In this document: positions 1 to 9,811 of the stretch, in pieces | Numbering within the stretch: the first letter of the stretch is position 1 | Layout: each line of letters opens with the position of its first letter | Origin: an uncultured Gemmatimonadota bacterium | Lineage (GTDB): Bacteria > GCA-2686955 | Direction: 5' to 3' | Assembly (NCBI GenBank): GCA_964490075.1 | Contig: CAZBBK010000001.1 | Location: 1-64,000, forward strand | Length of the DNA: 64,000 nucleotides | The notes under the pieces: generated by a model | Database searches by the model: none | The model's input: the letters and a program-made list of their open reading frames with translations, nothing else | What the model was told of the DNA's origin: nothing | Made by a program: the position numbers and the translations under genes

Positions 1-153
1 CGCCTGGTCTACGAACTGGGGTCTTGTTAGATTCCGTGGAATCAGGAGGTCTGAAACTACTCTTGTGCGAGCCCTAAGCCAATCCCGCCGCCGCCGCGGC
101 TCTCGCCAGCTCCTCGTCGGTTGGACCGAAATGGACACCGGCCCGCCCCCTTT

Positions 154-180
154 CGTCATTCCGGCGAACGCCGGAATCCA
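154..180 (+). repeat. CGTC-tagged REP-like palindrome
   Basis: CGTC-ATTCCGGCG-AA-CGCCGGAAT-CCA: a perfect 9-bp stem preceded by the CGTC tag typical of CGTC-family REPs. A degenerate partial copy (CGTCAGGGCCGGAATCC) lies at 294-310. Confidence 0.7.
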
Positions 181-197
181 CGCCTGCACGAGGGCCT

Positions 198-277
198 CGT
201 TCCTCGGGCGTCTACCCCGTTCCTCGGGCGTCTACCCCGTTCCTCGGGCGTCTACCCCGTTCCTCGGGCGTCCGCCC
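198..277. repeat. 20-bp tandem repeat (VNTR), 4 units
   Basis: CGTTCCTCGGGCGTCTACCC three times exactly (198-257) plus one variant, CGTTCCTCGGGCGTCCGCCC (258-277). Confidence 0.95.
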
Positions 278-310
278 CGCTCCGGCGCCGTAGCGTCAGG
301 GCCGGAATCC

Positions 311-560
311 GGTCGTAACTCGCGACTCCGATCGAGGAGGCGAAGGTTGCGGCAAGATTCTGGTCACAACTCACCACTCTCGATCGAGAGTCGCGAGTTA
401 CGACGCGAAACCGGTCGTGGCTTCGGGTTCATCGCGATGAGTGACGAGTTGTGACGGATATACGGTCGTAGCTCCGCACTCTCGACCGAGAGTGGCGAGC
501 TGTGTCGCGAAAAGGCGTCATGACTCGCGGCTCCGGGCGCGGAGCTGGGCTTTGTGTCGG
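311..560. repeat. Array of five degenerate palindromic units, 51-bp period
   Basis: Units start at 311, 362, 413, 464 and ~516. Approximate consensus GTCRYRRCT-N4-RCTC-N8-GAGY-N4-AGYYRYGAC followed by an 8-9 nt linker. Confidence 0.8.
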
Positions 561-1072
561 GGCCGGGCGCGGGGATCGTGGAGCCTCGCGTGGGCAGGAT
601 GGAAGGGGGCGCGTTCCAGCCTTCGAGCTGCCCTGGAGAGCGGGAGGACGCCGGGCCGTGGGGCTCCCGGCCGGCGTCCGGGTGCGCGGAGGATGCCAGG
701 GCCCATTCGGCGACGGCACTTGGGGAGCTGCAGCCAATGCCGCGACTCCCCGCGGAAGCAGCGATGCTCTCGAGTCCTACATCTTTCGAGCCGCCGATGG
801 AGTCCCCCCCCGGCCCACGACTGGCCGACGATCGGCCAAAGACGATGCTCCCCAAGTGGCATCCGGGGTCACAGCCCCGGAGTTTCTCGTTGTCGAGTGG
901 TGAGGAGCCCTTGCCCCTGCTCCCGCCCGACTCCGTTGCCCGAATCGGGCGTGGGCAGGGGCAGGTTTCGTCGCGTTCCGGCCGCTCCCCGCGCAGATCA
1001 GACGGCGACCAGCCGGGGCGTTGCTCGAAACGCACCGCGATAGTCGCTGCCGAAGCCCAAAGCCCAAAGCCC

Positions 1073-1096
1073 GGTCCCGGCGACTTCGCCGGGCCC
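1073..1096 (-). terminator. GC hairpin just after the thioredoxin-TPR gene stop, possible terminator
   Basis: CCCGGCG-ACTT-CGCCGGG stem-loop just downstream of the stop codon; only weak U-runs (GGGCTTTGGGCTTT) follow on the minus strand. Confidence 0.45.
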
Positions 1097-1098
1097 CG

Positions 1099-2694
1099 CT
1101 ATTTCGGCTCCTCCAGCTCCCCGAGCAGCGCCTCGAGCAGCTCGAGGTAGCGCCAGGTGCGCACCTGCTCGCTCTCCTTCGGACGCTGCGCCTGGTCGAG
1201 CGTCCGCTTCAGGAGGGCGATCGCCTCCGGCTCTCGCCCCAGCTTCGCCAGCAGCTGGGCGCTCTGCCGTCCAGAGCGCAGGTCCATGTCGCCGTAGGCG
1301 TGCTCCGCGGCGCGGCGCGAAGCGACCAGGGCATCGTCCAGGCGGCCGCGCTCGGCCAGCAGCTCGGCGCGCTCGAAGTGGTAGGTGAACTCGGCTGGAA
1401 AGGCGGCGATCGCTTCGTCCAGGACCGCGAGGGCCGCCTCGTGGTCGCCCGCGCGGTCGTGCAGGGTGGCGAGGAAGACGTAGCGCCCGCGGTCGAGGAT
1501 CGGGTCGCCCTCGAAGGTCGCGGAGTAGATGGCGGCACCGAGGGCGAAGATGCGCTCCGGGTGCCGATCCTCGGGAGTGAGGTCGCCGAGGATGTAGGCG
1601 AGCTCAGCCGCCTGTTCCGGCGCGACCCGACGCAGGCCCCGGGTCGCGGCGGCGCGGACCAGCTCGCGGCTCTCTTCCGGGACCTCGCCCTGTTCGAAGA
1701 GCTCGTAGACCGCGGTCCAGATCCAGTCCATGATCGCGTCGACGCGGTCGGTGGCCAGCACCCGCAGCAGCTCGTGGGTGGGCTCCGCCTTGAACTGCAA
1801 GGATGCGCGCTCGCCCGGTTGCGGGATGCGCGCGATGAGCGCGAGCGCCTCCGCCCGGTGGCCCTCGTCGAGCAGGCGGCGCGCCGCGGGGGCGAGCTGC
1901 GCGGCGGGCAGATCGCCCAGCGCTCCGAGCAGCTCCGCCACCGGCGTGGGGGCGGCCGCGGCGCTCTCCAGCCAGTCCAGGAAGGCCCGCTCGCCGTCGT
2001 AGCCGAGCATGCGCGCGATCACCGCCCCCTCGGCGTCGGCCACGATCACCGTGGGGTAGCCCCGCACCTGGTAGCGGTCCTTCCACGGATAAGAGGCCGG
2101 AGCATCGGCGTCGATCAGCACCACTTCGAAGCGGGCCAGGAGCTCCGCGTCGGCGGGATCGTGCAGGACCTCGGCGCCCAGCAGCTGGCAGGGCGGACAC
2201 CAGAGGGTCGAGAAGTCGAGCAGCACCCGCTTGCCGCTGGTCTTGGCTCGGGAGAACGCGGCCGCCGGATCGGCCGCATCAGGACCGGCCGCGCCGCCGC
2301 CGGTCGCGCCCGCCACCTCCTCCAGCATCAGCGCGCCGCTCGCTCCCGCGATCCGTCCCCGGAACGTCAGCGAAACCGGCCGGCAGGTGGTGCTGTCATC
2401 CCGGCAGAGCGCACAGGAGATCGCCCCCTCCAACTGGTGGTTCGGCGCGTCGGAGAGCGGAAAGAGCAGACCGCGCGCCAGGGTCCGTCCCTCGGTCGCG
2501 AACTCCAGGCGCCCGCCGTCGAGGCGCACCCATCCCCGGGCACCGACCTCGGGAGCGATGTGCTCGCCCGGCGGAGCGAGCAGGGCCAGGTCGAGCGACC
2601 CGGGACGCCAGCGCGCCTCGACCCGCGGGTCGGGGCTCGGAGTGCGCGCGCTGGTCAGAGCCAGCGCCGCGAGCAGCAAGGAAGAACGCAGCAT
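1099..2694 (-). CDS. Secreted thioredoxin-family protein with a DsbD-N-like N-terminal domain and C-terminal TPR repeats
   Basis: Signal peptide; LLDFSTLWCPPC active-site motif; GYPTVIV cis-Pro loop; Cys pair CRDDSTTC in the N-domain; Ala/Leu-rich helical TPR-like C-terminus; GGAGG upstream. Confidence 0.8.
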   Translation of the reverse strand: MLRSSLLLAALALTSARTPSPDPRVEARWRPGSLDLALLAPPGEHIAPEVGARGWVRLDGGRLEFATEGRTLARGLLFPLSDAPNHQLEGAISCALCRDDSTTCRPVSLTFRGRIAGASGALMLEEVAGATGGGAAGPDAADPAAAFSRAKTSGKRVLLDFSTLWCPPCQLLGAEVLHDPADAELLARFEVVLIDADAPASYPWKDRYQVRGYPTVIVADAEGAVIARMLGYDGERAFLDWLESAAAAPTPVAELLGALGDLPAAQLAPAARRLLDEGHRAEALALIARIPQPGERASLQFKAEPTHELLRVLATDRVDAIMDWIWTAVYELFEQGEVPEESRELVRAAATRGLRRVAPEQAAELAYILGDLTPEDRHPERIFALGAAIYSATFEGDPILDRGRYVFLATLHDRAGDHEAALAVLDEAIAAFPAEFTYHFERAELLAERGRLDDALVASRRAAEHAYGDMDLRSGRQSAQLLAKLGREPEAIALLKRTLDQAQRPKESEQVRTWRYLELLEALLGELEEPK

Positions 2695-2767
2695 CGGACC
2701 TCCAATCGCCCGTGATCAAGGAAGGGGCTGGCTTTCCGCGGCGGCGTGGCGAGCGGCCACCGCCACC

Positions 2768-5578
2768 TCACATCACTCCGATGACCCACTCGGTCTCGGA
2801 ATCGCCGGAGTCGGCTCTGTTCGAGGCCGGGTTGTACTGGAGGTGCGACGAGGAGTGCTCGGAACGCGTGCCGGTGTAAAAGGTCCGATCGAGCTTCCTC
2901 TCGAGGCGCTGGTCCACGCCGGGAATGGATGGGTCCCAGAGTGCCCCGATCTCCTCGAGCTCGGGAAGTCGCCAGCCTCGTAGACCCTGGTACTCGAGGC
3001 TCTTCGCGAAGGACACCGCCTCAAGGTAGGTGTACTCTCGCGGCGAGGACTCCACGAGCCAGAGGAGCATGGTCGACAGGTCGAAGACCAGATTCGGGTC
3101 CACGAGAAGGTAGCGATCGAAGTCGAGGGCGTAGTGGGGCAGGTCCAGGATTCTGGCGGTAGCCACCACCGTCTCGGTCTCGCTGTCTCTCGAGTCCTTG
3201 CGATCGCTCGTCGGGCAGTACTGATAATGATGTTTGCCGTTCCTGGCGATCGTTCTCGTGTATAGCGAGCTAGCATCGAAGTTCTTGCGCCACAGCGCAA
3301 GAGGGTTCCGGAGGTTCTGGAGGCCCACCAGAGTCGGCAGCTCCCAGCCCGTCAGGCCTCCGTGCTGGTAGCGCTCCAGGAAACGCCTGGCACCCTCGTA
3401 GGTGCGCTGGCCGAGAGCCCGGGATACCCAGTAGATCCCGCTCGCTTTGTCGTAGACCAGGCTGTGGCCGAAGTAGAGGTAGGGCGCCTGAAAAAGGTCG
3501 AATCGCCGGTCGGTGCTCTCGTCCACGACCAGCGCCGCGGAGACCAGGCTCATGCGGGGGGTGCGTGCCGCCACCTCCAGCTCCGCGGTGACGAAACCGT
3601 TCAGGAAGTTCTGCTTGAACTGGCGCGCCTCGGTCCTCGGAACAGTGATGCGGCCGCTCACGATGAACTGGTCGGGCTCGAGCTTCGCGGCCCAGTCATC
3701 GGTCTGACTGCGGAGGCCGATCCTGCCCTTCTTCAAGTGCAGCGTGATCGGCTGGCCGGCTCGCTCCACCTCCATCGTCACACTCTCTCCCAGCACCGTC
3801 TGCTTGAGCCGGTCCCAGTTGGTGTCGGGCCGCACTTCCTGGCCGTTGTAGCGGAGGATCATGTCGCCCGCCCTGCCGCCCACGCGGCGAAGCTGGCCCT
3901 CGGCTTTGGTCACGAACAGGAAACAAGAGCGCGGATGCACGGGGTGAGCGATGTTCCTCGATGCGATGGTGATCGGGAAATGCTCCCGCTCGGCGTCGAA
4001 TCGACCCAGCGCAATGACCAATGCGTCGTGACCGTATACAGTGAAGCTCGTCCCGGCGATCACTTCCATCTGCGCGATCAGCGTCGCAACCTGCGCGTCG
4101 TACTCCGACTTCAGTCGGCCGGTGGCGACTCTGTAGCGGAGCTTGTTGTCTCCCATCCCCCCCGCGGCGCTGCGCGCCAGGCGGGCCTGGTACTCGGACT
4201 CGGTTTCGAACTCGTCCTTCTCGAGCGTGACGTCCCGGTAAGTGTCGCTATGGGCCCGGGCGATCGCCATGATCTGGCTCTCCAACTCCTCGCGGAACCG
4301 CCCACGGATCGCCAGAATCTCCCCCTCGAGTGCCTGCATCTCGCGCAGCGCTTCGTCCAGCGAAGACACCATGGAGGTTCCATAGTGGCTCCTCTTTGAT
4401 TCCACCTCCTCTCTCAAGAGAGCGAGACGCGCCGCCTCCTCCTCCTGGCGGAGCTTGAGCTCCCGGCTCTTGCGCGCCCGGTCGGCCTCGCGGGTCGCGA
4501 TGCGTTGCTGCTCCTGTGCCAGCCGCTCCTGCTCCAGGCGCTTGGCCTTCAGCTTGGCCTCTGCCACACGCGCTCGCCGCTCGACCTCGCGCTGCGCCGC
4601 ATCGTCGCGCGCCCTGGCGGTGCTCGCCTCGGCATCGCGGAGCCCCTCGAGCTCGGCCTCCAACACGGCGATCTGGCTCTCCATGCTTCCGAGCTTCTTG
4701 GTCATGGAAGGCATGAAGACGAAGTCGCCCAGCCCGAAGAGCGTTCCGGACTTCGGTGTCTGGGTGTGGCCGCGAGCGTGGGCATCGGCGAATACCCGTT
4801 CCTTGACGCGCTCGGAGACCTCGGAGGCGGTGATGAAGTCGTCCGCCTCGTCCAGGACCTCGAGCAAGCGCCCGGTGAACACAGAGTGGCCCCTGGGGCC
4901 GCCATCGAGCACGCGCTCATCGGCACTCCCCGCTGTGAGCACCTGCCGGACCGGCTCCTTGGCAATCTGACGCAGGTACTCGATGCTGCGCCCGGTCTGC
5001 ACTTCGGCGCCGCGCTCGGCCAAGAGAATGCCGCCGTAGCAAGCGTCCATGACATAGAACACATGCTTGGCTTTGATCCGCTTGGAGATGTCGTCACGGA
5101 TGGTGGTCATGGAGATCACCTTCCGCCCGTCCTCGAAGTCCCCATCGTGGGGGACGAGGAATCCGATCGGACCGAACTCGGTGACTTCCTGGCCCCCGTG
5201 ACCGGCGAAGAAGATGAAAACCGCGTCGTCTTCCTCGAGGTCAGAGAGCTTGTTGAGAAGGAGATCGAGGATCTTCCCCTGGGTCGCTTGCTCGTCGTAC
5301 AGCGAGTAGACCTTCTCGAAGACGAACTTGCTCTCGAGCAAGCGTTCCACGGCGCGGGCATCGGAGACCGCGTAGGTGAGCTGCAGGTCCGGCGCCAGAC
5401 CTGGGTACTCGTCGATGCCGATGACGACGGCGTAGACTTTGTTGTAGAGCGGAATGTCGGTCAGCGCGCTGGAGCCTTCGTTCGCGGCCACGATCCGGAT
5501 GCCTCGACTCTCCTCGGCCAAGGCGGGTGGCAGTGTGATCAGCGCGAATGCGGCGCAGATCGCGCCGATCCAGTTCAC
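2768..5578 (-). CDS. Secreted caspase-family (peptidase C14) protein with coiled coil, PDZ-like domain and two DUF1566/Lcl-like domains
   Basis: YAVVIGIDEY, FFAGHG (His) and MDACYGG (Cys) caspase dyad, GHSVFT; long coiled coil; GDMILRYNG PDZ-like segment; two repeats of VxDxxxxxxW...GW(R/E)LP. Start moved to GTG 5578 ahead of the signal peptide and is uncertain. Confidence 0.8.
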   Translation of the reverse strand: MNWIGAICAAFALITLPPALAEESRGIRIVAANEGSSALTDIPLYNKVYAVVIGIDEYPGLAPDLQLTYAVSDARAVERLLESKFVFEKVYSLYDEQATQGKILDLLLNKLSDLEEDDAVFIFFAGHGGQEVTEFGPIGFLVPHDGDFEDGRKVISMTTIRDDISKRIKAKHVFYVMDACYGGILLAERGAEVQTGRSIEYLRQIAKEPVRQVLTAGSADERVLDGGPRGHSVFTGRLLEVLDEADDFITASEVSERVKERVFADAHARGHTQTPKSGTLFGLGDFVFMPSMTKKLGSMESQIAVLEAELEGLRDAEASTARARDDAAQREVERRARVAEAKLKAKRLEQERLAQEQQRIATREADRARKSRELKLRQEEEAARLALLREEVESKRSHYGTSMVSSLDEALREMQALEGEILAIRGRFREELESQIMAIARAHSDTYRDVTLEKDEFETESEYQARLARSAAGGMGDNKLRYRVATGRLKSEYDAQVATLIAQMEVIAGTSFTVYGHDALVIALGRFDAEREHFPITIASRNIAHPVHPRSCFLFVTKAEGQLRRVGGRAGDMILRYNGQEVRPDTNWDRLKQTVLGESVTMEVERAGQPITLHLKKGRIGLRSQTDDWAAKLEPDQFIVSGRITVPRTEARQFKQNFLNGFVTAELEVAARTPRMSLVSAALVVDESTDRRFDLFQAPYLYFGHSLVYDKASGIYWVSRALGQRTYEGARRFLERYQHGGLTGWELPTLVGLQNLRNPLALWRKNFDASSLYTRTIARNGKHHYQYCPTSDRKDSRDSETETVVATARILDLPHYALDFDRYLLVDPNLVFDLSTMLLWLVESSPREYTYLEAVSFAKSLEYQGLRGWRLPELEEIGALWDPSIPGVDQRLERKLDRTFYTGTRSEHSSSHLQYNPASNRADSGDSETEWVIGVM

Positions 5579-6015
5579 TGCCGAGGCGCGTTTCTCACCG
5601 AGATTCGTCGCGCGGCGGCGCAGGTTGCGTCCGCCCTTCCGGCGACCTTCGCAAGCGAGCGTGCCCCGGCGGTGCCTCGCGCCGCGTCGCGCCAAGGCGT
5701 TCTGGTGGCACGTCGGACCGAGCGGAGCGGCGGGGAGTGCCGCCGTCGTGCGGCCATGCGTCGCCGCGGCTGGAAGTCGGTGAGAATCGCGGGCGAGGGA
5801 GCTGCTGATCCGAGCCATTTCGAGTCCACTCCTGCCTGTCATGATGGTGGCCGGTCACGAGGCCGCCACGCCGTGCCGGTCGGTTCGAGCAGGTCGGTGG
5901 CTCCCCCCCCGCCGATCGCGGCCCGGAAGAGGCCTCGACGATCGTCGACATCCTACCAAGAATCCCTATCCACTCAACGGGCGCGATCCAGGTCGGGACG
6001 ATGTCTCTCGAGTGC

Positions 6016-7791
6016 TCACCGATCTCTCCGTGGAAGGATGGAATAGGCGATCTGAGCGCGGGCCCGGCGCGGCACCACATCGACGCCACGCGTCAGGACC
6101 TCTCCCACCAAGCGGTGTCCGGCCTGGCCAAGGGAGAGAAAGGGGCCGGCGATTCCCCGGTCGGTCCCTCTCCGCACAGGGGAGGGGAAGGGCGCCGTCT
6201 GGGCGATCGCCGTCAAGAGCTCCCCCCCGCAGGGCGGAGTCAGCTCGAACGCGAAGGGGTAACCGGGGCCGCCAATGCGGTGCTCCCGCCGGGCGTGGAA
6301 CCGATTGTCCGAATCGAAGTCGTTGGGGAATATGCGCTTGAGCACCCCTTCCGCCGAGGTATGCCAGAGTTCCAGATAGCACTCGCGGCTGGCGACGACC
6401 GACACGACCAGGGTGTCTCCCACATGGTAGATGCCACCAGCACCACGGTCGACCCAGAGGTCTACCCGCAGCTCCTCCGGTGTCCAATCTGTCGCGACAT
6501 CCGGTGCGGCGAAAGCGTCGCGGACCTCGCGAATGGTGGGAAGGTTGGCAGGGACCGCGTCAAGCCCCGCCGGGGCAGCAGCCCTCGGCAGGCTGGCCGC
6601 CGCGTGATGCACCGCCCCTGCCCCCGGAAGGTGAAGGTCGAGGTGCAGCTCGATCGCCTCCTCCACCACCCAATAGGAGCCGGTGAGCACCGCATCGAGG
6701 TCAGCGATCCGCACTTCCCCGGTCAGGAGATCATCGAGCGATGCGCCGCGTGCGGAGAGCGTTCGATCGAAGTCGGCTCTCGGGAACTCACTCAAGACCC
6801 AGCCCCGGTGCAGCGCGCCGCGCACTTCGTCCCGAAGGAAGAGGGCGAGGGGGCCGGCGATCCCCATCCCTTGATAGGTCAGGTTGTGTACCACGACCCT
6901 TGGTGGCTCGTCCCCGCCAGGGCCGAGTGTCGCCGCGAGTGTCTCGAGCGCGCGGAAGAGGGAAGCACGCGCCCGGCCGGCGGCTTCGAGGGGCGGGCCC
7001 TCCCCGACGGCGGGTTGAAGGAGTCGGACGACCTCGGCCGTCCTGTGGAGACGGTGGCGGACACTGCCCGAGACGACACCGGACTCGAGATGGACGAATC
7101 TGAGATTCAGCTCCACCCACCTCGGGAGCACGGTCACGGCGCCGAGCAGCAGATGATCTACCCCCAGATGTTCTCCCAGCCGCTGACGGGTCTCCTCCTG
7201 GACGAGGTCGGAGAGCTGCAGCCGCAGCTCAGCCATGACCAGATCGAGACGGGAGCGCTCTACGACCCGTGCGCCATGGGCGGCGAGGTCCGTCGCCAGC
7301 ACCTCCGCAAGATAGGAGCCGAGGCGGCACGGCTGCCCGTTCTCGAGAGGCAGGTCGGCAATAGCGAGCCACTCAGCCGACTCCGGGACTGCCTTTCTCA
7401 CCCGCTCGAGGAGGGCGTCCTCCTCGGCTACGAAGGTCGGCGGCGGCGGCTGGCGGTCCGCCCTTCTGCTTGGATCGACGGGAACCGGCGGAGGGTGAAA
7501 GGCGCAGGCCGCACATCCAAGGGCAAAGAAGAGCACGGCCGGCCAGATCCCGAGCCGTATCGCTTCTAAAGCCAACCGTGCGCGAGAGAGAGGGTCCGGC
7601 GGGGCTTTGGGAGCTGTGAGAACCCGGTTTGCCTTCCGCCCAGGCCGCTCTCGACCGGCCTCCCACGCGCCTGGCCGCAGGGCCCCTTCGTGACCCCCGG
7701 CAATGCTCTGGAGCTCAACCATTGGACATCGCACTCCCGCCCTCGCTTCCAGTCGCGGTCCGCTACAGGGCTGTCGTGGTGAAGGGCACAT
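6016..7791 (-). CDS. Lipoprotein with CsgG/FlgO-like domain(s) and C-terminal DUF4384-like domain
   Basis: Lipobox-like FFALGCAAC; VVERSRLDLVMAELRLQ...LGEHLGVDHLLLG (CsgG/FlgO signature); YHVGD...IFPN...PPCGGE (DUF4384-like). True start is probably downstream of 7791. Confidence 0.7.
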   Translation of the reverse strand: MCPSPRQPCSGPRLEARAGVRCPMVELQSIAGGHEGALRPGAWEAGRERPGRKANRVLTAPKAPPDPLSRARLALEAIRLGIWPAVLFFALGCAACAFHPPPVPVDPSRRADRQPPPPTFVAEEDALLERVRKAVPESAEWLAIADLPLENGQPCRLGSYLAEVLATDLAAHGARVVERSRLDLVMAELRLQLSDLVQEETRQRLGEHLGVDHLLLGAVTVLPRWVELNLRFVHLESGVVSGSVRHRLHRTAEVVRLLQPAVGEGPPLEAAGRARASLFRALETLAATLGPGGDEPPRVVVHNLTYQGMGIAGPLALFLRDEVRGALHRGWVLSEFPRADFDRTLSARGASLDDLLTGEVRIADLDAVLTGSYWVVEEAIELHLDLHLPGAGAVHHAAASLPRAAAPAGLDAVPANLPTIREVRDAFAAPDVATDWTPEELRVDLWVDRGAGGIYHVGDTLVVSVVASRECYLELWHTSAEGVLKRIFPNDFDSDNRFHARREHRIGGPGYPFAFELTPPCGGELLTAIAQTAPFPSPVRRGTDRGIAGPFLSLGQAGHRLVGEVLTRGVDVVPRRARAQIAYSILPRRDR

Positions 7792-7886
7792 ACTAACGCC
7801 CCGGCAGCCGACAGGGGAAAACGAGGCGGTCGACTACCACTGCGCCCGCGTGGCCGAGTCCGAGGATGAATCGGACAGGGACAGCT

Positions 7887-9629
7887 CTATTCCCCCACCT
7901 CCACCTCGAACCCACTGGCATCCTTGCCGAAGGGGAAACGCCCGACCTTGCCCTGGAAGAGGTAGCTGCCGTCATTCGCGGCCGCCGGCACCCGCAGCAC
8001 CGGGTCGCCTTCGAAGGTGGCGCCAGGGTCGAGGATCGGCCGGATGACCGCCTCCGGATCGGCCCATTCGTCGCCGCCCGGCAAGGTCGCCGTGAACCAG
8101 ACTTCCGGCTGCTGCGGCTCGTCGGTCTCGTTGGTCAGCACGAAGTGGAAGGAGGCCGAGTCGCCCGGTGCGACCTGCGCCGGACCGGTCACCTCGATCG
8201 AAACCGGCGAGGGTTGGCCGAGCATCCGGGCCGCCGCCGCCACGTCGATGATGCCGCGCCCGTAGGTGTTGTCCTCGCCGGGCGCGCCCTTGTCGCGGGC
8301 GCTCAGATAGAGCGCCGCCTTCAGCTCGTCGACCGGCGCGTCGGCGTCGACCTGGCGCAGCAGCGCGAAGGCGCCGGCGGCGTGCGGGCAGGCCATCGAG
8401 GTGCCGGAGAGCTCGCCGTAGCCATCGCGCCGGATGGAGCGCACGTCGACGCCGGGAGCGGCCACCTCCGGCTTGATGGTCTGGTGGTCGCACTGCGAGG
8501 GGCCGCGGCTGGAGAAGCCGGCGATCTGCTCGTTCTTGGCGGTGGCACCGATCGCGAAGGCGTTGAGCGGGGTGGTGATGCGGTCGGCGGGAGAGCGCAG
8601 ATGGAAGAGCGAGCCCTCGTTGCCGGCGGCGAAGAGCACCGCCGCCCCCATCGCCTCGGCGGCGTCGATCGCGTCCCAGACCGCGTCGTCGCAGAAGGGG
8701 AAGAGGAATCCCCAGGAATTGGAGATCACGTGCGGCACGTCGTCGACGGTGTAGGGATTGCCGTCCGGATCGGCGGCCCATTCGAAGCCCGCCAGGATCC
8801 ACTCGAGCTCCCCCGATCCCATCGAGTTGATGATCTTGCCCGACACCCAGTGGGCGCCGAAGGCGACGCCGATGGTGTCGGCGGTGGCGGCGTCGAGGCC
8901 GCAGATGGTGCCCATGGTGTGCGAGCCGTGGGTGGGAGAGACGCCGTCGTCGTCGTAGGGGGAGCTGCGCCCTTTGACCGCGTCGAACCAGCATTCGCTC
9001 GCCGGCCGCCCGTCGGCCGATGCGCGCCAGCGATCGGCCACCGCCGGATGGTCGCCGCGCACCCCGGTGTCGAGGTTGCAGACGATCGCTCCCTCACCGG
9101 TGATGCCCTGGGCCCAGAGCGCCGGCGCGTTGATCTGCTCCAGGCCGTACTCCAGGCCGCCCGGGGCGGGATCGGAGGGTCCGGAGCCGAGGGGACGGAT
9201 CAGCTCGACCGGGACATTGGACGAGGCCAGCTCGACTTCGCGGCGGGCGCCGATGGCACGGATCGCCTCGGGCGTCGCGCTCACCGACACCGCGTTGACG
9301 ATCCAGAAGGGACGGTAGGAATGCACCTCACCCGGGCCGGTCCAGGCGTCGAGCGCGGCCCGCATTTCGGCCTGGGACTGCGCGGCGCGCTCCCGCAACG
9401 CCAGGCCGATGCGCCGGTGGCGAGTGGCACGGTCGGCCCGCTCCAGATCCAGCGTCGCGGCCAGGCGCCGCACCGGCATGGCCTCGCTCAAGAAGAAGAG
9501 CGCCGTCAGCGGCTGATCGGCGGGGGTGGCGCGCAGCTCCTCCTCCAGCAGGGGATCGAAGTCCGGCGCCACGGCGGCGGCCGAGAGCGGGAGGAGCAGG
9601 GCGAGGCAGAGAGGCAGCACGATGTGCAT
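7887..9629 (-). CDS. Secreted S8 subtilisin-like serine protease with C-terminal Ig-like domain
   Basis: Catalytic triad motifs LDTG, HGSHTMG, GTSMACP; oxyanion AAGNEG; signal peptide and prodomain. Confidence 0.95.
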   Translation of the reverse strand: MHIVLPLCLALLLPLSAAAVAPDFDPLLEEELRATPADQPLTALFFLSEAMPVRRLAATLDLERADRATRHRRIGLALRERAAQSQAEMRAALDAWTGPGEVHSYRPFWIVNAVSVSATPEAIRAIGARREVELASSNVPVELIRPLGSGPSDPAPGGLEYGLEQINAPALWAQGITGEGAIVCNLDTGVRGDHPAVADRWRASADGRPASECWFDAVKGRSSPYDDDGVSPTHGSHTMGTICGLDAATADTIGVAFGAHWVSGKIINSMGSGELEWILAGFEWAADPDGNPYTVDDVPHVISNSWGFLFPFCDDAVWDAIDAAEAMGAAVLFAAGNEGSLFHLRSPADRITTPLNAFAIGATAKNEQIAGFSSRGPSQCDHQTIKPEVAAPGVDVRSIRRDGYGELSGTSMACPHAAGAFALLRQVDADAPVDELKAALYLSARDKGAPGEDNTYGRGIIDVAAAARMLGQPSPVSIEVTGPAQVAPGDSASFHFVLTNETDEPQQPEVWFTATLPGGDEWADPEAVIRPILDPGATFEGDPVLRVPAAANDGSYLFQGKVGRFPFGKDASGFEVEVGE

Positions 9630-9811
9630 GGCGAACGCTCCGGGGGCGGGTGGAAAAAGCGATTCGAAGACATCCTAACCAACGGAGGGTGACCCCTCCG
9701 TCGCCGAATCGGCCCGCTTCCGTGGCCCCTATCCGGAAGATCCCCGCAAGACTGTTTCGCGCAGTAGGATGGCCGCGCGGACGGCAAATCCGAACAGCAC
9801 AGGAGCCCACC

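Noticed and set aside
198-560. CRISPR array
   Set aside because: No identical repeats separated by unique 30-40 nt spacers, and no cas genes in the window.
364-1150. ORFs of 130-220 aa in the first kilobase
   Set aside because: Low-complexity translations with no recognisable motifs or convincing RBS; treated as non-coding.
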